A stretch of 64,000 nucleotides of DNA from Octopus sinensis. Taxonomy: Eukaryota. This document shows, one piece after another, positions 1-11,231 of this stretch. A program made the position numbers and the translations under genes. The stretch lies in NCBI RefSeq assembly GCF_006345805.1, contig NC_043010.1, forward strand, positions 1,736,001 through 1,800,000, in the 5' to 3' direction. Position 1 is the first letter of the stretch. Every line of letters starts with the position of its first letter. Below the pieces are notes generated by a model. The model was not told the DNA's origin, made no database searches, and saw only the letters and a program-made list of their open reading frames with translations.

Positions 1-744
1 TGAGACTATCGAACCGTCGTCTCATGGTAAGATGATATATATTTTATACAAAAGTTCCAAAATATAGATTCAATAATTTTGCTTAAGACGTCTCCAACGC
101 AGGATACCCTCGTGACAACAAACAATTCGTTTCCATTTTTAACACAAAAAAAGTTAACGAAAAACAGAAAAGATTCCATTACATGCATAATGATATGAAA
201 TTCACTTATTGGTATCATGTTCTTGGCATCAATTAAGGCTTAAAGAAGAATGGATTTATTTACAGAAAGACAGAATTCTATAATTCTGCTGTTAGCCATT
301 AAAACTGCTAGAACTTTTTAATAGAGACGAACTGTTGTTTTATAACAGAAAAGAAATTATCAAAGAGTATTTTGAGATGAAGCATTGTGGGATATTAAGA
401 TAGTAAAACACTTATTAGGGCCGAAACAGTGGAAAATAAAATAGATATGTGAAAACAGAACAATGGTTGAAGTGTTACCTTGTAGTTTTTCAATATTCAA
501 GTGTTAGAACTAGTTAATCAGGATAGACATAGAGAAATGGGAAATGGAATAAAACGGTTAATGTGAGAGAGGCTCGTGACATGCGCAGACTGGTGTTGTT
601 ATAATGGTCAGTTTGCTTCGTGTAGTTCTTGTTAGTTGTTTAGTGCTGGTTTCAGCTTGTTAATTATCATAGCATCCTTGATGCTTTTAAATATAATATA
701 GAGCTTGTTTACTATTATCCTGTTGTTAGCCTATACTCTTTTAC

Positions 745-984
745 TTGTTTCAGTAATTTGACTGCGGCCATGCTGGAGCATCGCCTTTAGACGAGCAAAT
801 CGACCCCGGGACTTATTCTTTGTAAGCCCAGTACTTATTCTATCGGTCTCTTTTGCCGAACCGCTAAGTGACGGGGATGTAAACACACCAGCATCGGTTG
901 TCAAGCAATGCTAGAGGGACAAACACAGACACATAACATACACACACACACACACAAACACACCACATAATAATATATATACAT

Positions 985-1038
<54 letters not shown>

Positions 1039-1140
1039 TACGACAGGCTTCTTTCAGTTTCCGTCTACCAAATCCACTCACAAGGCTTTGGTCGGCCCGA
1101 GGCTATAGCAGAAGACACTTGCCAACATGCCACGCAGTTG
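745..1140 (-). mobile_element. tRNA-derived SINE family A (internal (TA)n), 5'-truncated
   Basis: Reverse complement of the family consensus seen at 15611-15955 and 61898-62287. Confidence 0.85.
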
Positions 1141-1343
1141 AAATTGCATTGTAGACGCAGGCATGGTTGAGTAGTTAAGAAGCTCGTTTTGCAGTCACGT
1201 GATTCCAGGTTCAGTCCCACTGCGCGGTACCTTGCGCAAGTGTCTTCTACAACAGACCCGGGCCGACCAATTCCTAGTAAAAACTTTTATAAACAGAAAC
1301 TGTTTTGAAGCCTGTCGTGTGTGTATATATATATATATATATA

Positions 1344-1553
1344 ATTACTCCAAACATGAACAAAGAGAAAACACAACAACGCGAGGACGTAAAACAAGTA
1401 TAGTGTTATTGGACGCCCAGGAAGGAAAGAAAGAAGGAGGATTTAACGTTTCGAGCGGAGCTCTTCGTCAGAAACATAGAAAAAAGAAAGATCCAAGGAA
1501 GGGAAGACGGAGAAAGAAAATCGCCAACGATACACACGCGGTCACATATTGAA
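1344..1553 (-). mobile_element. About 200-bp Penelope-like/retrozyme-like element carrying a hammerhead (family 1 copy 1), inside a (TA)n tract
   Basis: Clear homology to 17668-17865 and 54358-54535 (CAACGCGAG(G/A)ACGT...GACGC(T/C)CAGG...ACGTTTCGAGCGGAGCTCTTCGTC); (TA)n on both sides. Confidence 0.7.
1441..1475 (-). ncRNA. Minimal type I hammerhead ribozyme motif, canonical CUGA core (family 1, copy 1)
   Basis: GUUU-CUGACGA-A-GAGC(UCC)GCUC-GAA-ACGU-U^AAAU: stem I GUUU/AAAU, stem II GAGC/GCUC, palindromic ACGU in place of stem III. Confidence 0.65.
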
Positions 1554-1625
<72 letters not shown>

Positions 1626-1638
1626 TATATATATACGC

Positions 1639-1685
<47 letters not shown>

Positions 1686-1716
1686 GTATATATATGTATA
1701 TGTATATATATATACG

Positions 1717-1758
<42 letters not shown>

Positions 1759-2087
1759 TATACGAGTGTGCGTTTGATTTTTTGTGTTAGACCTCACCAT
1801 CACTTGATAACCGATACTGGTTTGTTTTCATTAACATATGTAACATACCAATTCGGCAAAGGAGATCGACAGAATAAGTACTAGACTGAAAGAAGGAATA
1901 GCAGCTAAATCTTTCTCCAATCCCATTGCAGACGTCATAATGAAGGACAAATTGAATAGTGTAGGCTTAGATACACTATCCAACGTGTCACTATCCAAGA
2001 GATAGATGAAAAACCATGATTACAGGCCTCCTTGATCAGGGCTGACCTGGGGTTAAACAGCACATGAAAATGCAGGCTAAACAGGAA

Positions 2088-2234
2088 GTACCATGCGCAA
2101 ACTGCGGCCTGCAGCACTTTCTGAATGACACGCATAACGAAAAATTATCTTGAATTATTTTTAGTTTTGCGGCCCGCCTGATGATAATCCATATCTCATG
2201 TGGCCCACTTTTTGGCAATGTTTGCGCATGCCTG
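2088..2234. mobile_element. Degenerate hAT-type MITE
   Basis: CCATGCGCAAACTGCGGCC at the left end, GTTTGCGCATGCCTG at the right end; internal GCGGCCCGC and TGTGGCCC. Confidence 0.55.
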
Positions 2235-2459
2235 ATCTAAGTTGTCAACTGATTTGCTGGAAACAGCTGCCAAATCTCCCTCAAATCATACACTAGCATC
2301 TAAAAATGGGAATAACGCTGCTTGAAATGATAAAGATGCGATGGTCAGTGCTGGGATGTCATTGATTACCGGCCTGCTCATACATTCACAGCTGGGACTA
2401 AACAACAAATATTATAAAGCAATACACCTTAGCCACTACCATTGGCTCTCCTATCAATA

Positions 2460-3075
2460 TTGGATTTAAATTTTGACACAAGGCCAGCAATTCCGGTGGA
2501 TGGGGTAAGTCGATTACATCGACCCAAGTGCTAAATTGGTACTTATTTTATCGACTCCGAAAGGATGAAGAGCAAAGTTGACCTCAACGGAAATTGAACA
2601 CAGAATGTAAAGACGGACGAAATGCCGTTTAGCATTTAGCCCGGGGTGCTAATGATTCTGATTTCTTCTATCAATATCATATACAAACATTAGGCGGTGA
2701 GTTGGCAGAATCGTTGACACGACGGGCAAAATGCTTAGCGGCATTTCGTCCGTCTTTACGTTCAAATTCCGCCGATGTCGGCTTTGCCTTTCATCCTTTC
2801 TGTTCAATAAAATAAGTATCAGTTGAACACAGGTGTCGCTGTAATCGACTTACTCCCTTTCCCAGAGTTACTGGCTTTGTGCCAAAATTTGGAAACAGTA
2901 TCATAAACACGTCGGACAAAATGCTTAGCGGCATTAATTTCGACTTATTACGTTCTGATTTCAAATTCCGCCATTGCCAACTTTGTTTCATCTCTTCGGG
3001 GGTCGATAAAATAAAATACCAGTAAAGTACTAGGGATGAATGTAATCGAAATTGCTGGCTTTGCGCCAAAATTAC
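2460..3075. mobile_element. Cluster of diverged SINE family B copies in both orientations
   Basis: Minus copy at about 2460-2660; plus copies at about 2695-2900 and 2910-3075, all with the TTCATCCTTTCGGGGTCGATAAA-like core. Confidence 0.75.
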
Positions 3076-3193
3076 AAAAGGAAATTACATGCACACGCGT
3101 TTCTGTATATACGTGACTAGACATAGATAAATACGCATGTACACACACCTACACACAACCACTCTTCTTTCTTCCCCTCCCTCTTTCTCTCTG

Positions 3194-3249
<56 letters not shown>

Positions 3250-4900
3250 CTGCCTCTCACACAGACACGCCTACATATACATGGACGATGGACGTCTAAA
3301 AACGACGGTAAATGCTTACTGAACCAATATGGAATAGAAATGGTTCAGGAAGTGTAATGAGTTAGTTCAACTTCCCCAAGTTTCAATGCTCAACACGTGT
3401 CACACGGATCAGTGAAGAGGTCATGAGTGTGTGACAAATGACTTTGATATTAATAACTAATTAATAAATTTATAATGAAGAGAATGATTAGGAAAACCAA
3501 TGCATGTAATTGATCCCAATTAACATATCTATTACACCTTATGATTTAAGATTACATCGATGTATAATATACGTATGTATGTGTGTGTGCGTGTATATTT
3601 ATATACATATGTGTGTGGGTGCGTGTATGTATATATTTGAAAATAAATGTCTGTGTGTGCACATTAGAAACATACATACACTCATATATACATACATATA
3701 TATATATGCACACAGATATACAGACAGAGAGAAAGAGGGAGGGAGGGAGGGAGAGGAAAAGCTTGAGTGGTTGTGTGTATGTGTGTACAGGTGTATTTAT
3801 CTATATCAATGTTGGAATGTTTACGGCCTTGTAACCTTGCGGTTCGGCAAATAAAAACGATAGAATAAGTCCTGGGATCGATTTCTTCGACTAAAAAACC
3901 CTTTAAGGCGGTGCTCTAGCATGGTCGCAGTCAAATGACTGAAACAAGTAAAAAGAAATAAAAAGAATGTACACACACACACACACATGCACACATACTC
4001 ACATACATATGTAATGAGACACTACTACAAATAGACGTACGAAATTCAGTTTAGATTGTTCATATTTTAACCATACTCTTTACTCTTACTCTTTTACTCT
4101 ATGTAGTTTTAGTTATTAGAAAGTGAAGTACAGGCTTAAGTTGTTTTAAGTGAGTGAAGATAACAGATTTTTAACTAAATACTTATGCATTTTCTGTTGT
4201 GTCTGGGGAGAGTCATTTTCATTTTGTGCCTTATAATATAACACACTCACCGGTTTCCACTTTTTTCTTATATTTATTTTCCAAAAATTTTCGTTGCGTC
4301 TTGCAACCTTTTCAAATGCATTTGTTTTCCATCCCTAACTTATGTCAACCAATATCCGGTGTATTGACTCTTGGATACAGTACCCAGTCTCTTCTTTTCT
4401 GTCTACATTACCCGGTAGAAATAGAGCAGACAAGAACAGAAACAAAGTGAAAGAGAAGGAGAGAGAGAGTGAGAGAGACTGAGTGAGTGAATGAGTGAGT
4501 GAGTGAGTGAGTGAGTGAGTGAGTCAGTCAGTCAATCAGTCAGTGAATGGGAGAGACACTGTAGCAGAGAGACAGACAGAGAGATACAGTGATCTACATA
4601 TAAAAATTGTGGGGAATCATCAGAGACAGCGCAATAGTGAAGTACGGTGACAAAGCGAGAGAGGGGGGAAAGAGGTGGGGAGAGGGAGAGATTGAAAGAA
4701 AGATGACAGAGAAATTGAGAGACAGAGTGAGTTTGTGAGTGTGTGCGTGTGTGTGTGTGTGTGTGTGACTGGATGCATAAGCACCTGTGTAGTGGTCTCA
4801 CCGAACTGCTATTTAATAACGGAAGATGTTATGTACAAGTATCCGTTATGTTAAACACCATCGGGGTTTATCCTTTTCGCTCAGGTATATATATACATAT

Positions 4901-4931
<31 letters not shown>

Positions 4932-5003
4932 ATATATATACACATATATGCATACATACATATATATATATACATGTATATATGTATATATATATATATA
5001 TAT

Positions 5004-5039
<36 letters not shown>

Positions 5040-5109
5040 AATGCGATTACTTGGTAAGCGATGCGAAATTTTACATTTTGTAAATAATAATAATAATGAT
5101 GGTAATAAT

Positions 5110-5195
<86 letters not shown>

Positions 5196-5206
5196 TATAG
5201 TCTTAA

Positions 5207-5349
5207 AGCTTATAAGCGATCACTGTGCATTGGCTAAGTTAAATAGTTTAATACTGGGGCGGGAAAAAATGTCAAACTCTACTTTTTGCTGTCATGGGCT
5301 TATATTAGACTATTTGACTTTGTCAATGGAAGGTGATCGCTTACAAGCT
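5207..5349. mobile_element. MITE with TTAA TSD and AG..CT termini (Kolobok-like)
   Basis: TTAA at 5203-5206 and 5350-5353; about 45-bp imperfect TIR AGCTT(A/G)TAAGCGATCAC...AAGT(T/C)AAATAGT(T/C)TAATA. Confidence 0.7.
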
Positions 5350-5585
5350 TTAAGCTTATAAAAAAATTACACACACCGTCATTTAAGAAATAAATATATC
5401 ATTACCAAACTGAGAAAGAAAAAAGAAAAACAACAAAAATAACAACGGGCTTCGTGGCAGGTTTCAACTATTGATTTTGATTAGGTGAATAGAGACAGAT
5501 TTTTGATTTGATTTGAATCGGTCTGTTAATGCTCTTTACCGTCTCAAATTCGCGCAAATATCATTTAAAATCTTAGTAATTAATT

Positions 5586-5654
<69 letters not shown>

Positions 5655-5693
5655 CAAAGTGGAGTTGTAGGGTACCGCACGAGTGGAATTATA

Positions 5694-5852
5694 TACGAAA
5701 GAAGGTTTGAAAATGCAATTTAAAAGATGCTTCCTTACTTTACCGGTTTCACTCTTTGGAAAAAATTGTCAAAAGTAACATGTGGAAGTTTGAGAGTGAA
5801 ACCGGTAAAGTAAATAAACATCTTTTAAATTGCATTTTCAAAACCTTCTTTC

Positions 5853-5855
<3 letters not shown>
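5694..5855. mobile_element. Tc1/mariner-type MITE with long TIRs
   Basis: TACGAAAGAAGGTTTGAAAATGCAATTTAAAAGATG and TTACTTTACCGGTTTCACTCT mirrored at the right end; TA flanks. Confidence 0.8.
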
Positions 5856-5890
<35 letters not shown>

Positions 5891-6247
5891 CATCTAGAGA
5901 TTATCATGGGAAAATAACAAGGACATGTTTACGAAAACGAGTATTATGAATCTTTGTTTTGGAATAAAGGTTCTCGAAACAATTCACATACAGCTATAAA
6001 CAACTGCATGTAAATAATGGGTAGAAAAATCCTTTTTCGGTAGAAAAAAGTCGATGGTTTCGACTTTTCTATCCAAAAACGTTTTTTAAATCCAATATTT
6101 ATATGCTATTCTTTATAGCTATATGTGATGCGCTTCGAGAACCATTTTTTCCATCTCACACACGCTAAAAAAAAAATTGAATTATTTAGCTTTTTCTCGA
6201 AAGTTTATACATTTCTTATAATTATTATTATCATTATTATTATTATC

Positions 6248-6256
6248 ACTTACCTG
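6248..6256 (-). other. 5' splice donor ending the protocadherin exon (phase 0)
   Basis: Minus strand reads CAG|GTAAGT (perfect consensus), followed at once by an (AAT)n tract; the ORF read-through beyond it is low-complexity (SDNNNNDNNN). Confidence 0.85.
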
Positions 6257-8653
6257 TGCTGCCACCTGCATGGTATTTGGTAATTGTGTTCCTGGAGGAG
6301 GTATTTTCCAGCTTTGTCCAGATTTTTTTACTAACTGTGGATCTTGTCGCAGCAATGTACTTTGTGAACTTCTGTTGTGCTCCTGTTCCGATACAACAGT
6401 CACTGGCACATCATATTGTGGCACCACTTGCCCGCAAATATATTCTGACAGATTATTTTGACTAAATAGTTTAGAACCATCAACTCCGCTAGTATACTGG
6501 TTATTTCTGAGATTGTTTCTTCGAACAATACACACAGTTATTGATATAACTACTACCAAAGCTACTATTACTGTTGCTACTAACATAATAATCAGTAAAT
6601 TGATGTGAATTTTATCATCAGACTGTTTGTGAACTGCAGTAAACATCTTTGATGTTTTGTTGCTTACTGTAAGGGTTAAAGAAAGGGTGCTGGTTGCTGA
6701 TAAAACCGGCGCACCGCTGTCTTTGACTACAAACTGGAGGTTATACGATCCTGCATCGTTTTGATAGACTGGACGGGAGAAAGACAAAACTCCTGTGTAA
6801 AGGTTCACAGTAAATAATTGTTTGTCATTTCCTCCAAGTATTTCATATTGGAGGAAAGCATTGACATGACTGTCTCTATCAGAGGCTCTTAGCGCCGTAA
6901 TGTCATTCTTACCCTGTGGATGATAATGGACATCTAGATTGAAAGGATCCACGCTGGGGAATGTAAAATAGGGTGCGTTGTCGTTTTTATCAATGACTTC
7001 AACCACAACATTTGCTGTGTTGTTCAACGAAGGAGTTCCGTTGTCTTTGACTAAAACTTTAAATTTATAAACGTCTTGTTGCTCCCTGTCCAGTGACTGA
7101 GTGGTGGAGATGAAACCAAAATTAGATATTTCAAACGGAAGAAGATAGCCTTGGTTGTTCAACAAAGAATATGTCAGTTCACTGCCAGAATCAAGGTCTG
7201 GATCTGTGGCATTTATAAAACCAATGGGAAAATTAGGTTCTTCATTTTCGAAAATTAAAAATTTAAATGTATCCTTGGTAAACTGTGGATGTACGTCGTT
7301 GACATCCATTACTTGGATGGAAAAATTCTTAGTTGTTCGCAAAGGAGGAGTCCCGTTGTCTTGGCATGTAATCGTAAAATGTAGAAAATTATCAATTTCT
7401 CGATCAATGTGGCTTTTTATGACAATTTTATATTTCATCTTTCCTAGACTTTGAAGTTGGAGTTTATCGTGCTCGAGTTCACAACTCACTTCTCCATTCT
7501 GACCAATATCATTGTCTGTAACCTTGACATAAGCAATAAAGCTGTTAACTTTGACCCCTTCAAAAATGGAGGCTACATCATTGGTAGTAAGAGAAATGAA
7601 GTTGATATCTATATCAGGAGCATTGTTTTGTTGGTTGATGACATTCACAAGTACTATAGCTGTTGAACTGAGTGGCGGTATACCCTCGTCGCGGGCCTCA
7701 ATCAACAGCTTGTAACTTTTCTTAGGTTCTGTGAAGAACTTTTGATGTAAAAAAAGTTCTCCTGATGTTTTATTCAGCTCAAAATAAGATATGTCCAGAG
7801 CTGATGACTTGGTGCTGAAATAATACGATATTCGTCCATTTTTCCCGGAATCCAAGTCTTTTGCCGACAGTATAACTACAGGTATATATATCAAGTGGCC
7901 GTTGTTTACTGTAATGTTATAGATATTCTGGCTAAAAACTGGTCTGTTATCGTTGATATCGGCGACTGATATAGAAACATCTAATACGCAGGGCAGCCCA
8001 CCATCATTGGCTACCACTTGTACATGATAAGAATCTTTAAGCTCTCTATCTAGTTTCTCTTCCAAAACGATTCCGAGTTCAGTAGAACCATCGTGTTTCC
8101 TAGAAACAGACAATGTAAATGGCTCCGACATTTCCTTTCTCAGCCGATATTTCAACTGAGAATTCAGGATACCAACATCTCTGTCAATGGCATTTGGAAT
8201 AAATTTCGTCGTTCCCTTCATATCACTTTCTGAAAATTCCAAATGAAATTCTTTACTCTGAAAGTCTGGTCTGTTATCGTTAACATCTTTTATAATAATT
8301 TTAATTTCTAAAATCTTCACAAACGATTCCCTATTTCTCACAGCCACTTCGACCATCCTGAAACATTCGGTGTTGTATTTACAAAGGGACTCAGCATCTA
8401 ATACCTGAGCGGTATAAAGTTTCCCACTTTTGGAAATATTAAATAATTTTGAGCTGCTCTCATTTCCTTTCTGGAGCTGTTGAAACCAAAACAAACTGTG
8501 ATCCTTCAAAGGAACACCATTCACTAAATGTGTGTCGGCTGCAATATCACCAATATAGCTCCCGGGGTTCTGACCTTCTTCTACATAATATGTCAAATCT
8601 ATGCATAAAGATGCCTGTAGCAAAAGGAGAAATGCATAGATTTTTATCAGCAT
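6254..8653 (-). CDS. pcdh: Protocadherin, large coding exon (signal peptide, EC1-EC6, TM, partial cytoplasmic tail); gene continues past a splice donor
   Basis: ATG at 8653 (AAGAAGATGC; in-frame TAA upstream) gives MLIKIYAFLLLLQASLC signal peptide. Cadherin motifs DVNDNRP, LDRE, DINDNRP, AKDLD, DVNDVHP, ATDPD, LDRE, DKNDNAP, ASDRD. Cys-X5-Cys (CKYNTEC, 8363-8383) in EC1. TM INLLIIMLVATVIVALVVVISITVCIV at about 6527-6607. Ends at CAG|GTAAGT; 2400 nt = 800 codons. Family-level name only. Confidence 0.97.
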
Positions 8654-8657
8654 CTTC

Positions 8658-8723
8658 TTATCCGGAAGTAATGTCACAAAAACATTGACATAAATTCCAA
8701 CACGACTGTTTTAGATTTCGCAT
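8658..8723 (-). promoter_or_regulatory. Upstream ORF (MRNLKQSCWNLCQCFCDITSG*) in the putative protocadherin 5'UTR; second uORF MSMFL* at 8691-8674
   Basis: Direct translation; TAA ends 4 nt before the main ATG. Depends on the 8735 acceptor being used. Confidence 0.5.
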
Positions 8724-8734
8724 GGATGCCTGAT

Positions 8735-8766
8735 CTGAAAGTAGAAAAAAAACAAAAACAAAAATT
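8735..8766 (-). other. 3' splice acceptor upstream of the protocadherin start (81-nt 5'UTR portion 8734-8654)
   Basis: Minus strand TTTTTGTTTTTGTTTTTTTTCTACTTTCAG|ATCAGG: long polypyrimidine tract plus CAG. Confidence 0.75.
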
Positions 8767-8769
8767 AAT

Positions 8770-8804
8770 AATAATAATAAATAATAATAATAATAATAAT
8801 AATA

Positions 8805-8841
<37 letters not shown>

Positions 8842-9047
8842 GATAATAATAATAATAATATTTATAATAACGATAATAATAATAATAATAATAATAATAA
8901 GAATAATAATGAATAATAATATTAATAATAACGATAATATAATAATAATAATAATAATATAATAACGATAATAATAATAATAATAATAATAATAATAGTA
9001 ATAATGATAATAATAATAATAATAATAATATAATAATACTAATAATA

Positions 9048-9078
<31 letters not shown>

Positions 9079-9229
9079 TACGATAAAGAAATAATAATAA
9101 TATAATAATAATAATAAAATAATAATGTAATAATATAATAATAATAGTAATAATAATAATTAATAATAATAATAATAATGCTAAATAATAATAAAAATAA
9201 TAATAATAATAATGATAGTAATAGTAATA

Positions 9230-9261
<32 letters not shown>

Positions 9262-9357
9262 TAATAATAATAATAAGAATATATAATAATAATAATAAGA
9301 CTAGTAATAATAATAATAATAATATATAATAATAATAATAATATAATAATAATAATA

Positions 9358-9388
<31 letters not shown>

Positions 9389-9581
9389 TAATGATATATA
9401 ATAATAATAATAATATTAATAATAATAATAATAATAATAATATAATAGTAATAATAAATAAATAATAATAGTAATATAATAATATATATAATAAGATAAT
9501 GATATCTATAATAATAATAATAATAAGTAATAATAATATAATAATAATAGTAAATAGTAATAATAATAATAATAATAATAG

Positions 9582-9624
<43 letters not shown>

Positions 9625-9660
9625 TAATAATAATAAATACTAATAATAACAATAATAATA
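8770..9660. repeat. Long (AAT)n microsatellite (about 890 bp)
   Basis: Direct reading; immediately upstream of the protocadherin acceptor. Confidence 0.95.
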
Positions 9661-9788
9661 AAGACGAAATAAATTACAATACATATTAAAATTCAACTTC
9701 GTTTTTCTTTTCTTCAGCTATTTTTTTTTGTACCGGAATATATTTTCCTTCATTTCAATTTTAATTTTTTTAAACTTTCTGTGTTGCT

Positions 9789-9859
<71 letters not shown>

Positions 9860-10398
9860 TGATGATGATAATGATGACGATGATGATGATGATGATGATG
9901 ATGAGAATAATGATAATAAGGAAAATAAATGAATTTATAAATAAATGATTGAAGAAATAAACTATTTTGACATTTTTACATAATATTTATTTCTTTAAAA
10001 TTTTTAATTTTATCAAAAGAACTCTATTTCTGCAGGTATTTTTCGAAACAATGTAATTTTTAAAAAAAGATAAATACAGTTTCTTTTTTTCCTTTTTTTT
10101 TCTTTTGTAAGTATATTTTTCTTTTGTTTTTCACTGTTTTCCTGTATTATCAAGTTTATTTTCAAGTTCCTGATATTCAGGCATGAAATTGCATTTAACT
10201 TGTTCCTAGCTAAAAATATATGAAATAAAAATCTTAAATTTAAAAAAAAAAACAACGCAATACTAAAATAAAAATGATAATAAAAGGAACTCAATATGCA
10301 AGAAAACAGAAAGAATGTAAGAATTATTTCTAAAATATAAATAACCACCGTGAAATTTTCTCCAACGCCCTCTGAAAACTACTTACAAGATGTGTGTG

Positions 10399-10460
<62 letters not shown>

Positions 10461-10524
10461 TGCGTGTGTACACATGCATGCGTGCGTATGTATATGTATA
10501 TATATATATATATATAATATATAT

Positions 10525-10555
<31 letters not shown>

Positions 10556-10879
10556 CCCATAAATAGATAGATATGTACACATACACATACACACCCACAA
10601 AATTTAGCAGAGAATATAAAATAATATTAAAATTTGTGATAGTGACAATTTAATGACAACTCATTCTAAATGGTTAAAAAAGACACACACACACAAACGC
10701 ACACACACACACACACACACAACACACACACACCAAAAACAAATCACACACATGCACACGTACACATATGACATAAACAAATGATAATAATTAACAACGA
10801 AAAAACAATGAAATTATTGTTATGGGGGTTGACTCAAAAACTTATATAGATTACACAACCAAAGAAAATATATATTACA

Positions 10880-11176
10880 ACAGTGGTGTATATATATATA
10901 TATATATACATATATAGATTATATATAATATATCATACATATATATACACTCCATATATATATATATATATAACACTATATATAATGTAATATATTATAT
11001 TATACATATATATACACACACCTATATATATACATAAATGTATATTATATACGTCTATACTTATATATATTAATATATAATTACTAATATATGCATAAAT
11101 ATATATATATACGCATAATATATATATCCATATATATATATATACATATATGTATATAAATATACGTGTATATATG

Positions 11177-11231
<55 letters not shown>

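Larger units (their letters stand above)
1155..1900 (+). mobile_element. SINE family A, interrupted by the hammerhead element and expanded (TA)n
   Basis: Head GGTTCAGTCCCACTGCG...CAAGTGTCTTCTAC at about 1155-1320; tail TTGATAACCGATACTGG...GAATAAGTACTAG at about 1770-1890. Confidence 0.75.

Noticed and set aside
6182-6253. ORF-track C-terminal tail VSDNNNNDNNNYKKCINFREKAK and GTG start at 8677
   Set aside because: The tail begins at a perfect donor and is microsatellite-derived; the signal peptide starts at the ATG at 8653.
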